Of a stretch of DNA of 64,000 nt, positions 48,445 through 57,612 are shown one piece after another (the first letter of the stretch is position 1; every line of letters starts with the position of its first letter). The stretch is from Ilumatobacteraceae bacterium. Its GTDB lineage: Bacteria; Actinomycetota; Acidimicrobiia; Acidimicrobiales; Ilumatobacteraceae. The notes beneath the pieces were generated by a model. It ran no database searches and was not told the origin of the DNA. It saw nothing but the letters and a program-made list of their open reading frames with translations. Both the position numbers and the translations under genes were made by a program. The stretch covers positions 1,108 to 65,107 of the forward strand of contig JBMTET010000005.1 of the NCBI GenBank assembly GCA_049433365.1, in the 5' to 3' direction.

Positions 48445-48459
48445 CGCGTTTTGCGTCAG
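48441..48459. terminator. Symmetric hairpin between convergent genes (possible bidirectional terminator)
   Basis: CTGACGC-GTTTT-GCGTCAG: 7-bp perfect stem with a 5-nt loop. Each stem arm contains one of the two convergent stop codons. No long U-tract. Confidence 0.4.
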
Positions 48460-48839
48460 CGCAAGCGGCGAAGCATCTCGGCGATTTCCGCGAGATCCTG
48501 CCGGAATGCGATTTCGTAGCGCGCCTGTTCGTTGGCAATACGGGTTTGGTTCGTGCGCAACTCGGTGATCGTCGACAGAATCTCGGCATCGTCGTTGCGG
48601 TCCGCGAGCACGGAAAGTTCGTTGCCGAGTTCGTGCAGCTGATTCGCCAACTCGGTCGTCATTCGTGCAACCCGTGCATCGAGCGCGGAAAACTTCTGAT
48701 CAAGGGCGTTCGCCGCACCGGTGACCAGTGCCAGATCGTTGGTCCGTTTCGTGAGCTCTCCGCGAAGCGCAACCACGTCGGCGCGCAACTGATCCAGATC
48801 GCTCTGGCTTGCCTTTGGGGTGCGACGAAAGATGGCCAT
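48456..48839 (-). CDS. Coiled-coil protein, unknown function
   Basis: 127 aa with heptad-like, Leu/Ala/Glu-rich sequence. No family assigned. Confidence 0.5.
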   Translation of the reverse strand: MAIFRRTPKASQSDLDQLRADVVALRGELTKRTNDLALVTGAANALDQKFSALDARVARMTTELANQLHELGNELSVLADRNDDAEILSTITELRTNQTRIANEQARYEIAFRQDLAEIAEMLRRLR

Positions 48840-48887
48840 GATCGGGGTGGTGCTTCAATCATCGCACGATAGAGTTCAGCGCCACGA

Positions 48888-48964
<77 letters not shown>

Positions 48965-48988
48965 AATTTTCGTCTAACTTCCCTGTCG

Positions 48989-50659
48989 GTGACCCGACTG
49001 CTGCGAACCCCCGTGAGTTGGGTCGTTGCTGCAAACGTGGCGTTGTTCGTGTGGTTGACGGGAGGTCGGATTCTGTGGCCGGGTCACGTGTCGTGGTTGA
49101 TGTGGGGTGATTCCGCACAGCACTATCTCGGCTGGGAGTTTTTTCGCCGCGGTCCCTTGACGGTGTGGCCTCCCGGTGCATCGCCGTTGTTCGGTGTCGG
49201 GTATTCGAGTTCGGTGGTGTACGCCGACGCAATCCCGCTTCTTGCCTTGCCGATGAAGTTCCTGTTGGCATTTACGGACGCGCAATTTCAGTACTTGGGT
49301 GCGTGGTTGTTGGCGTGCTTCGTGTTGCAGGGAGTTTTTGCCGTGATGCTCCTGCGCCGTTTCGGTGTGGACGGTCCGGTGCTCGTGCCGGGTGCGTTGT
49401 TGTTCTCGATCGCACCTGTGTTCTTGTATCGGATGGTGACCGGAAGTCACGGTCACATGGCCCTTGTCGGACATTTTTTCGTGCTGTGGGCTCTGTGGCT
49501 GGTTCTGGACCTCCGGCTTTCACATCGACGCTGGCTGGTGGTGCTGCTTGTGTCGTTGCTCGTGCAGTTTTACCTGTTCGTCATTGTCGGCTACTTCTAC
49601 ATGGTTGCTATCGGCTGGTGGGTGTGGCGTCAACGCAGTGAGCGTCCCTGGTCGACAGTCAGTCGAAGTGTCGTGGTGAACGTGTCGACGGTGGTAGTTG
49701 TTGCGTATCTCGCGGGTTACTTCATGGGCGGATCGAGCGTCGCCGATGGATTCGGCCAGTTCCGGACTGACATCGTCGGTTTCGTTGATCCGAGCCCCAA
49801 CGACTTTCCCGGATGGTCGGCGGTGCTGCCGAACCCCTACAACGTCGACGGAACGCACGAGGGGTACGCATTCCTCGGATCGGCGACACTCATTCTCGTT
49901 GTGGCGGCAATCGTCGGTGGACTACTTCGTCGGTCACGAATCGATACTCGTCTCACCGTTCTCGCAGCTGCCTCGGCGCCGCTCTTTCTGCTCGCGTTGA
50001 CGAACCGCCTGCAGTTCGCCGGCCGTGAGGTGGGTGCCTTGCCGTTACCCGCCGGTGTGGAGACGTTGCTCAACGTCGTGCGCGCAACTGGACGTTTTTC
50101 GTGGCCAATCGTGTATGTATTCATGTGCAGCGCAATTGTCATGCTGATTCGGGTAGTGCCGCATCGGGTGACCATCACCGCTGTTGTATCGGTAGCTCTC
50201 GTCATACAGTTGGTCGATTCGCGAACGGCGCTGGCTGAAGTGAACGAGAGATTCGTCGAGAGTTCCCGCGAGGAAACGTATCTCCGCGATGCCCGCTGGG
50301 CGACGATCGCCGAGGGGGCAACGTGTCTCGTCGTAAGCCCACCGCAAGTGAAAGGTCCCTACTGGCGGGATTTCGCCGAGTATGCGGTGCTCAACGGAAT
50401 GTCGACGAACGTGTCGTATCTCTCCCGCTGGGATCAGAGCGTCGTTGAAGCCCTGGCCGAGCGAACTGCCGAGCGCATTGATTCACTCGACCTCGACGAC
50501 GGCTGTCTGTACGTGATGATCATCGATCGCGGACAATCCTCCGTCGCGGAAGCCGACTACCTTCGCACCACGGCTGGCCAGGACAAAGAACATGACTACG
50601 TCATTGACGTCGTTGACGACTTCGTCGTTCTGAAGAAATTGGCCGATTCGTCGTCGTGA
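48989..50659 (+). CDS. Large polytopic membrane protein (DUF6311-like; GT-C-like glycosyltransferase candidate)
   Basis: 556 aa, about 10 TM segments followed by a soluble C-terminal domain. GTG start 25 nt after the tRNA-Met. Family assignment is from memory of DUF6311-like N-termini (WGDSAQHYLGWEFFR). Confidence 0.55.
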   Translation: MTRLLRTPVSWVVAANVALFVWLTGGRILWPGHVSWLMWGDSAQHYLGWEFFRRGPLTVWPPGASPLFGVGYSSSVVYADAIPLLALPMKFLLAFTDAQFQYLGAWLLACFVLQGVFAVMLLRRFGVDGPVLVPGALLFSIAPVFLYRMVTGSHGHMALVGHFFVLWALWLVLDLRLSHRRWLVVLLVSLLVQFYLFVIVGYFYMVAIGWWVWRQRSERPWSTVSRSVVVNVSTVVVVAYLAGYFMGGSSVADGFGQFRTDIVGFVDPSPNDFPGWSAVLPNPYNVDGTHEGYAFLGSATLILVVAAIVGGLLRRSRIDTRLTVLAAASAPLFLLALTNRLQFAGREVGALPLPAGVETLLNVVRATGRFSWPIVYVFMCSAIVMLIRVVPHRVTITAVVSVALVIQLVDSRTALAEVNERFVESSREETYLRDARWATIAEGATCLVVSPPQVKGPYWRDFAEYAVLNGMSTNVSYLSRWDQSVVEALAERTAERIDSLDLDDGCLYVMIIDRGQSSVAEADYLRTTAGQDKEHDYVIDVVDDFVVLKKLADSSS

Positions 50660-50664
50660 GACGA

Positions 50665-51276
50665 TTAGCGACGATGCTGTCGTCGGGTTGACTTTCCCTG
50701 CGGAAGCATTCGACGTCGCTGCAATCTGTTGCGAAGGGGCGCGACGGCGAGACGTGACGCCAAGCCGATGAGCAGCGTAAAGATGAGTGCACGGCCCCAC
50801 AGCGGTATCGCCCCGAGCGTGGGCCCGACGATGACGTTGAAGGCGAGACTAACGGGGTAAATCCACAACAGTTCGGAAAAGAACCGACCGAACCGCGTGC
50901 GATGCGGTGTACTCGTTGTTTGCGAACGGAAGAACTGCTCTTCTCCTGCGGTGACCGTCACGCGCTCGGTGACGACGAACTGATCGAGTGCGCGGATCAG
51001 CCGTTCGCGGTCCTCACTTCGTTCCCATCGTCGCAGGTGCAGGGCATCAACGAAGCGAAACACCATGTGGTACTCGTCGGATTCGGTGCCCGGATGAAGA
51101 AGCGTGGCACCGAGACAACCGGGGAACGAGCGAACCGCATCAGCGAGAGTTTCGGATGCCGCGACGAACTCAGCTGAAGTCCCCGGTTTGATCGTTCTCG
51201 CAACCGTCACGGTGACGGCTCCGGCGGCGATTTGTGGAAGCTTTGCGGTGTCGAAAGACCCCGTCAATTCGGGCAT
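50665..51276 (-). CDS. ABM (antibiotic biosynthesis monooxygenase)-domain protein with C-terminal TM segments
   Basis: Ferredoxin-like ABM pattern (VTVARTIKPG...YHMVFRFVD...RRWERSEDR), then two hydrophobic helices. Confidence 0.6.
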   Translation of the reverse strand: MPELTGSFDTAKLPQIAAGAVTVTVARTIKPGTSAEFVAASETLADAVRSFPGCLGATLLHPGTESDEYHMVFRFVDALHLRRWERSEDRERLIRALDQFVVTERVTVTAGEEQFFRSQTTSTPHRTRFGRFFSELLWIYPVSLAFNVIVGPTLGAIPLWGRALIFTLLIGLASRLAVAPLRNRLQRRRMLPQGKSTRRQHRR

Positions 51277-51362
51277 GGTTTCACCGTACCCACCGTCGGT
51301 TCCGACGTGCGGAATGCCCGACTCGTAGACTGAGGAACGATCCTTGCGATCATGTGACCACG

Positions 51363-52481
51363 ATGACGACGAACATCCTCGATACCGGCATCAAAGTGGT
51401 GCGCAACGTGTCGGGCTTCACCGTCGGCAAGGGCTCAGTGTCCCAACTTGCGGGTTTTGTCGACGCTCGTAGGCGCCAGGCAGGCTCCGCACCGGCTGTT
51501 GCGGTGTTTCTCATCGATGAGTTTTTCCGGCAGCACCCCGACATCGTTGCACGACTGGGAGTCGGCGCCGACGATCTGGTGCGCTACGTTGCCGTGGCCG
51601 ACGAGCCGACGACCGATGCCATCGACGAGCTCACGGCCGACATTCGCCGCAACCTTGCGGATCTGCCGGTGACGATCGTCGGTGTTGGTGGTGGAACGAC
51701 GATGGACACCGCCAAGGCAGTCGCAAATCTGCTCACCAACGGTGGCGCCGCCGCCGACTATCAGGGATGGGACCTCGTGAAGGTTCCCGGGGTGCACAAG
51801 ATCGCGGTGCCCACCATTTCGGGAACGGGTGCGGAGGCGACTCGGACTTGCGTGATGACGAACAAAAAGACGGGTCTGAAGTTGGGAATGAACAGCGACT
51901 ACACCGTGTTCGACCAGATGGTTCTCGACCCGGATCTCACCGCGACTGTGCCGCGCGACCAGTACTTCTACACCGGTATGGATGCCTACATTCACTGCGT
52001 CGAGGCGTTGCGGGGGTCGTATCGCAATGCAGTCGGTGATGCATATTCGCGCGAAACCGTGAATCTCTGTCGCCAAGTGTTCCTCGGCGACGACATGATG
52101 TCCGATGAAGCCCGGGAAAAACTCATGGTAGCGTCGTATCTCGGGGGATGTGCAATCGCCACGAGCTACGTCGGCGTGGTGCACCCCTTTTCTGCCGGGC
52201 TCAGCGTGGTCCTCGGCTTGCACCACTGCATTGCCAACTGCATTGCGTTGAATGCACTGCAGGAGTTCTACCCGGAGGAGCACGCTGAGTTCCGCAGCAT
52301 GCTTGCTGCACAGAACGTTCCGCTACCAACCGGTGTGTGCAGCTCGCTGAGTGAACAGCAGTTTGCCCAGCTCGTCGCTGCGACCGTGGTGCACGCCAAG
52401 CCCCTGACGAACGCGCTCGGCCCGAATTTCCGTGACATCCTCACCGACGACAAGGTCGTCGAGATCTTCTCGAGGATGTAA
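51363..52481 (+). CDS. Iron-containing (family III) alcohol dehydrogenase-like oxidoreductase; KdnB-like candidate
   Basis: VGVGGGTTMDTAKAV, GMDAYIHCVEAL and VVHPFSAGLSVVLGLHHC metal ligand motifs. Start ATG 51363 (GTG 51354 is possible). Confidence 0.8.
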   Translation: MTTNILDTGIKVVRNVSGFTVGKGSVSQLAGFVDARRRQAGSAPAVAVFLIDEFFRQHPDIVARLGVGADDLVRYVAVADEPTTDAIDELTADIRRNLADLPVTIVGVGGGTTMDTAKAVANLLTNGGAAADYQGWDLVKVPGVHKIAVPTISGTGAEATRTCVMTNKKTGLKLGMNSDYTVFDQMVLDPDLTATVPRDQYFYTGMDAYIHCVEALRGSYRNAVGDAYSRETVNLCRQVFLGDDMMSDEAREKLMVASYLGGCAIATSYVGVVHPFSAGLSVVLGLHHCIANCIALNALQEFYPEEHAEFRSMLAAQNVPLPTGVCSSLSEQQFAQLVAATVVHAKPLTNALGPNFRDILTDDKVVEIFSRM

Positions 52482-53642
52482 GTGCCGGGCTACGAGGTCA
52501 TCGGCGACGAGGAACGAGCCGAAGTCGATTCGGTATTCGCTGCAGGAGGCGTGCTGTTCCGGCACGGCTTTGACGCCATTCGCGGCGGCAGTTACAAGGT
52601 GCGTGACTTCGAGGCTGCTTTTGCACGGCGAATGGGCGCGCCGCACGCGCTTGCCGTCACGTCGGGAACCGCGGCGTTACGCGTGGCGCTCGCTGCACTC
52701 GATCTGCAACCGGGTGACGAGGTGATCACGCAGAGCTTCACCTTCGTTGCAACGGTCGAGGCGATCATCGAGGCGCGAGCGGTGCCGGTGTGTTGCGAGA
52801 TCGATGCAACGCTGAACATGGATCCAGACGACCTCGAAAGTCGAATCACCCCCCGAACACGGGCGGTCATCGCCGTGCACATGTTGGGGACCCCCGCACG
52901 ACTCGACCGGATTGCCGACGTATGCAGGCGCCACGACGTGGTCCTCATCGAGGATGCCGCCTGGGGCTGCGGGGGCTCGTTCGCCGACGTGCCGCTCGGT
53001 CGCTGGGGGGCGATGGGAACGTACAGTTTCGATTTCGCCAAAACGATGACAACCGGCGAGGGAGGCATGATCGTGTTCTCCGATGCCGACGTGCATGCTC
53101 GCGCTGCTGCGTGGCACGACCACGGTCACGAGAACAATCCATCGGTACCCCGCTGGGAAGACACGCGCTCAGGAAGCGGTTTCAACTACCGAATGAGCGA
53201 GTTGCAGGGTGCGGTTGGTCTTGCGCAATTGAGGAAACTCGACGACGTCGTCGCTGCACAGCAGAGAAATCGTGCAGCAATGTGGGCGGCGATCCGAGAC
53301 CTCGGCGGCGTCGTACCGCGCGAGGTTCCCGCCGGTTCGGTGGAGACTGCCGATGCGCTCGTATTCGAAGTTGCCGATGCTGTGACCGCCCGACGCTGCC
53401 GTGATGCGCTCGTCGCGGCGGGAATGTCGACGAAGATACTCCCCGAAGCCGTCACGTGGCATTTTGCGGGAACGTGGACCCACATGCCCGAGTTGGTCGC
53501 ATCGCATGGCGATCTCGAGACCGCCTTCCCGCACTCGGCCGACCGATTGTCTCGCTGCGTATCCTTGCCGGTCGTGGTGAAAATGGGAGAAGACGTGCCC
53601 AGTCGTCTGCGCACCGCATTGCAGTCGGTGCTCAGGACGTAG
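52482..53642 (+). CDS. DegT/DnrJ/EryC1/StrS-family PLP aminotransferase; KdnA-like candidate
   Basis: MPGYEVIGDEE..., SGTAALRVAL, GDEVITQSFTFVATVEAI, and YSFDFAKTMTTGEGGMI (PLP Lys). GTG abuts the upstream TAA. Confidence 0.85.
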   Translation: MPGYEVIGDEERAEVDSVFAAGGVLFRHGFDAIRGGSYKVRDFEAAFARRMGAPHALAVTSGTAALRVALAALDLQPGDEVITQSFTFVATVEAIIEARAVPVCCEIDATLNMDPDDLESRITPRTRAVIAVHMLGTPARLDRIADVCRRHDVVLIEDAAWGCGGSFADVPLGRWGAMGTYSFDFAKTMTTGEGGMIVFSDADVHARAAAWHDHGHENNPSVPRWEDTRSGSGFNYRMSELQGAVGLAQLRKLDDVVAAQQRNRAAMWAAIRDLGGVVPREVPAGSVETADALVFEVADAVTARRCRDALVAAGMSTKILPEAVTWHFAGTWTHMPELVASHGDLETAFPHSADRLSRCVSLPVVVKMGEDVPSRLRTALQSVLRT

Positions 53643-53670
53643 CACCAACCCGTAGCGTGGGTGTCTCAAC

Positions 53671-54330
53671 ATGACCGCTGTGAGTGTGATCATCGCCGCG
53701 CACAACGAGGAGCGCTTCATCGGGCGATGCATCCGATCGCTGATGGCACAGAAGTTTCCGCGGGATCGCTTCGAAATCATCGTGGTGGACGACGGAAGCA
53801 CCGACAAGACTGCCGAAGTGACGACTTCGTTCGGCGACGCCGTCCGTCTGCTGCGCAACGAGTCGAATCGAGGACTGCCGGCATCATTGAATCGAGCGAT
53901 TCGTGAAGTGCGCTCTCCGTTCATCGTGCGTGTCGACGCCGACGACTACGTGAACGCCTCGTTCCTCGAGGTGCTCCACATGTTCCTCGCCGAAAATCCG
54001 ACCCTCGATGCTGTTGCCTGTGATTATTTGCTCGTGGACGATCGGGAGGAGGTTCTCGGCAGGCGCAACTGCATGGACGAGCCGATCGCCTGTGGCATCA
54101 TGTTTCGCACCGATCAGATGATCGATCTCGGCTTGTACGACGAGTCATTTCTGTTGCACGAGGACAGGGACCTGCGGGTACGGTTCCTCGAACAGCACGA
54201 GATCCACCGGATTCCGTTGCCGCTGTACCGCTACCGACGTCATGCCGACAACATCACCAACGACACGGATGCAATGCAACACCATTACCGGCGCCTCATC
54301 GACAAGCACGGCGACAAGGGGCGCTCGTGA
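53671..54330 (+). CDS. Family 2 glycosyltransferase (short)
   Basis: [21 protein letters not shown]...[12 protein letters not shown]...VDADD. Confidence 0.85.
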   Translation: MTAVSVIIAAHNEERFIGRCIRSLMAQKFPRDRFEIIVVDDGSTDKTAEVTTSFGDAVRLLRNESNRGLPASLNRAIREVRSPFIVRVDADDYVNASFLEVLHMFLAENPTLDAVACDYLLVDDREEVLGRRNCMDEPIACGIMFRTDQMIDLGLYDESFLLHEDRDLRVRFLEQHEIHRIPLPLYRYRRHADNITNDTDAMQHHYRRLIDKHGDKGRS

Positions 54331-55397
54331 CCGGGCCGCGAATCACGCTCGGTTCCCGGACGCTCACGCGCGAGTCCCCGCCGTACGTCATCGCCGAGAT
54401 TGGCGTCAACCACGAAGGGTCAATTGACACTGCAAAGTTGCTCATCGAACTCGCCAAGGAGGGGGGTGCTGACGCGGCAAAATTCCAGACGTACAAGGCG
54501 GAGACACTCGCTTCAAAACACTCACCCGCTTACTGGGACACCACCAAGGAGCCGACACAAAGCCAGTACGAGCTCTTCCAAAAATACGATGCGTTCGGAC
54601 CTCGTGAATACGAGATCTTGGCGGAGCATTGTGCGCGTGTCGGCATCGACTTTGCATCGACACCGTTCGACGATGCCGCAGTCGATTTTCTGGCTCCGTT
54701 GATGTCGTTCTTCAAAGTCGCGTCGGCCGATCTGACGAACACCCCGCTTTTGCGTCGCGTCGCTCGTACCGGGAAGCCCGTCGTGCTGTCCACCGGTGCG
54801 TCAACGATGGAAGAGGTGGATTGGGCGGTGCGCACGCTGCAGGAAGCCGGCGCGCGGGACATTGCTCTGCTGCACTGCATCCTCAACTATCCGACGAGCA
54901 ACGAGAACGCCAATTTGAGGATGTTGCGCGACCTCGAGCGGAAGTTCCCCCGTTGTCTGCTCGGCTACTCGGATCACACCGTTCCGACACCGAGACTGAA
55001 CACCTTGCTTGCAGCGTGGTTGAGCGGTGCCGTCATCCTCGAGAAACACTTCACACACGACAAGTCGCTCCCGGGCAACGACCATTATCACGCCATGGAC
55101 GTCAACGAGTTGCGCGAGTTCACGCAACTCGTGCGAGAAATCGCACCGCTTCTCGGGGTGACCGACCGCAAGGAGCCATTGGAGAGCGAGCAAATCTCGC
55201 GCCTCAACGCCCGTCGCAGCATCGTCGTTGCCCGCGACCTGCCAACCGGTCATGTCATCGCCGAGTCGGACATCACGTACAAGCGACCAGGAACCGGTGT
55301 GAGTCCGATGTATTGGGACGATGTCGTCGGTTTGACGACTCGGCACGCACTCGAAGCCGATCACGTCCTTCAGTGGGACGACGTCGCCGATCGATGA
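54327..55397 (+). CDS. NeuB-family ulosonic/nonulosonic acid synthase, paralog 2
   Basis: [27 protein letters not shown], and C-terminal SAF-like [13 protein letters not shown]...YKRPGTG. GTG overlaps the upstream stop. Confidence 0.9.
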   Translation: MTGPRITLGSRTLTRESPPYVIAEIGVNHEGSIDTAKLLIELAKEGGADAAKFQTYKAETLASKHSPAYWDTTKEPTQSQYELFQKYDAFGPREYEILAEHCARVGIDFASTPFDDAAVDFLAPLMSFFKVASADLTNTPLLRRVARTGKPVVLSTGASTMEEVDWAVRTLQEAGARDIALLHCILNYPTSNENANLRMLRDLERKFPRCLLGYSDHTVPTPRLNTLLAAWLSGAVILEKHFTHDKSLPGNDHYHAMDVNELREFTQLVREIAPLLGVTDRKEPLESEQISRLNARRSIVVARDLPTGHVIAESDITYKRPGTGVSPMYWDDVVGLTTRHALEADHVLQWDDVADR

Positions 55398-56089
55398 ACA
55401 CGGTTCTGGTCGTTCAGGCACGACTCGGGTCAACGCGTTTTCCCGGCAAGATGCTCGCGTCCCTCGGTGATCGACCATTGATCTTCTGGGTTCTGGATCG
55501 CGTTCTGCGATCCCGCGAGGTGACAGAGGTCGTTGTGGCGACGACCGATGCGCCCGCCGATGATCCGCTCGTCGCAGCGATTGCCGGTTATCCCGTTCGG
55601 GTGTTTCGGGGTTCCACCGACGACGTGCTCGGCCGATTCTCCGGTGCACTTGCGTCGGTGGATGCCGACCACGTCGTCCGCGTGTGCGCCGACAATCCGT
55701 TCGTGGATCCCGAGTGCATTGACGCACTGGTTCGCGACCACGTTCTCACCAAATCCGGGTATACGTTCAACCACCGGCCCCATGATGGCTGCGACTATGC
55801 CGACGGACTCGGAGCCGAAGCCATCGAACGCTCATTGTTCGATCGATTGAATCGTGAGGTCTCGCGCCGCGAACACAGAGAACACGTGACGCTGGCCATC
55901 GTCGACGGAACGATCGAAACGTCTCGTCACGGTATGCGCGCCCCCGAAGCGTTGCGGCATCCCGAGGTTCGACTTGACGTCGACACTCCCGAGGACCTCG
56001 AAAAGTTGCAGCGAATCGTCGATTCGGCGAACCTCACGCCGACGTCGACGGCGGATCAGTTCGTGACGGCAGCGCTGGCGTTTTCATGA
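55394..56089 (+). CDS. SpsF/FlmC-type cytidylyltransferase (CTP_transf_3-like)
   Basis: VLVVQARLGSTRFPGKMLASLGDRPLI and VVRVCADNPFVD. ATG 55394 overlaps the upstream stop; the ORF-track extension back to 54629 is rejected. Confidence 0.8.
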   Translation: MNTVLVVQARLGSTRFPGKMLASLGDRPLIFWVLDRVLRSREVTEVVVATTDAPADDPLVAAIAGYPVRVFRGSTDDVLGRFSGALASVDADHVVRVCADNPFVDPECIDALVRDHVLTKSGYTFNHRPHDGCDYADGLGAEAIERSLFDRLNREVSRREHREHVTLAIVDGTIETSRHGMRAPEALRHPEVRLDVDTPEDLEKLQRIVDSANLTPTSTADQFVTAALAFS

Positions 56090-57612
56090 CTCGCTGGTCG
56101 GCCGAGACACTGTTCGCCGCGGTCAAAGCGTGCGAATCCGACGCAGAATGGGTTTTGACGAGACTTGCGGATCCGATCACGGAGCTGAGTGGCCGGCCAA
56201 CGGATGTCCCGGCGGCCCGGCGACTCATCGGTCACTGGTTGATGCACGTGTCGCACCAGTTTCATGTTCTCGGCCGCGACACGAGCGACGGTCGGAACGA
56301 TTTTACGGTGCCGCTCCACGCCGAACACATGGACCACCATCGCTCGTACGTTGCCGATGCCGACTATCGCGTCGCACTGAACAGTGCCATCGCCGCGATT
56401 CGCAACGGTCGTGCGTCCACCATCCAGCTGCGGCCCGTTGAGCTGCGCAACGGCTCAACATCGTTGCGGTCCCGGTTGCGTCGCGCGATATTGACCCGTG
56501 CATCTGGAGGCGGTGAAGTGCTCATCACGCAGCCCTACCTCCGATTCGGAATTCGCGACACCCGCCGATTCATCGGGCACAGCAGCTCCTGGTCGCAATG
56601 GCAAGATCTTTCGTGCACGTCGGCTGCAACACCGCTCATCGAGCGCCGTCGTGCGCTCGCACGCGCCGTTGATGTACGTGACGAGCGCAGCGCACTACTG
56701 GTATTGGCGATACTTCTGTTGCCATCTGCAGTGATCGAAGGCAGGCGCGAGGTACTTGCGCAACTTGACAGGGCCTTGCCCATGCACCCGAAGATGGTTT
56801 TTTCGGCGAACGGCCTGCAATTCGTCACGGCGTTCCAGGTCTTGGCCGCAGAGGCAGAGTCGCGCGGAACTCGGGTGGGGATTCAGCAGCACGGCGGACA
56901 CTTCGGACTCGACTCGGTTCATGCCGGAGAAAATGTTGAGGTTGCCGCTGCCGATCGTTTCTACACATTCGGTTGGGTCGACGATCGGTCGAACGTGCGT
57001 CCTTTGCCGACGGCGTCGCCGTTGCGGGCCGACTCGGCGGACCGCCGCCGAATGCTCGTCATGAGCGTGGAGGCAAGCGACTCGATCTACCGGCTGCAGC
57101 CTTTTTGTTTGCCCGAACACGCACAGGTATGTTTCGCGATGACGCGCACGTTCCTCGACGAGCTCGGCGACTCGGCGGGATTCAACCCGGTCGTGCGTGC
57201 GGGGGAGCGGGAACACGCCCTCATCGGGGCCCCGGTGCCGCGCGACGACTTGCGCACGCCGGGAACCGTGTCGGCCTCGGCGTCCGGACTCGTCGTGCAC
57301 AACTACTTGGGCACGTCGTGGCTCGAAACCCTCGCAATGAACGTTCCGACACTGTGCATCGTTCCACCGAACATCCACGCGTTTCGCGCCGCCGCACAAC
57401 CGCATGTCGATGCTCTGAAAGCACACGGAGTCATTCACGACGATCCGCGGGCGGCCGCCCGGTTCGTGCGGTCGCTCGGCGGTGATGCTCGGGCGTGGTG
57501 GCGACAGGAGGATCTGCAGGCAGACCGTGCCCGCTTCGTCGCCACGTACGCGAACTACTCGGACGATTGGCTCGATCTCTGGCGCGAGGAGCTCACCGGC
57601 TTCGCCGAATGA
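56086..57612 (+). CDS. Uncharacterised LIC12162-like putative transferase
   Basis: 508 aa. C-terminal half has LVVHNYLGTSWLETLAMNVPTLCIV, resembling the STxGxE...G.P block of KpsS-like GT-B enzymes. ATG overlaps the upstream stop. Confidence 0.5.
   Translation: MTRWSAETLFAAVKACESDAEWVLTRLADPITELSGRPTDVPAARRLIGHWLMHVSHQFHVLGRDTSDGRNDFTVPLHAEHMDHHRSYVADADYRVALNSAIAAIRNGRASTIQLRPVELRNGSTSLRSRLRRAILTRASGGGEVLITQPYLRFGIRDTRRFIGHSSSWSQWQDLSCTSAATPLIERRRALARAVDVRDERSALLVLAILLLPSAVIEGRREVLAQLDRALPMHPKMVFSANGLQFVTAFQVLAAEAESRGTRVGIQQHGGHFGLDSVHAGENVEVAAADRFYTFGWVDDRSNVRPLPTASPLRADSADRRRMLVMSVEASDSIYRLQPFCLPEHAQVCFAMTRTFLDELGDSAGFNPVVRAGEREHALIGAPVPRDDLRTPGTVSASASGLVVHNYLGTSWLETLAMNVPTLCIVPPNIHAFRAAAQPHVDALKAHGVIHDDPRAAARFVRSLGGDARAWWRQEDLQADRARFVATYANYSDDWLDLWREELTGFAE

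Noticed and set aside
48965-57612. Calling the tRNA-Met-adjacent block an integrative mobile element
   Set aside because: I found no integrase, recombinase or transposase ORF, and no repeat of the tRNA 3' end at the distal boundary. I report it only as a possible island.
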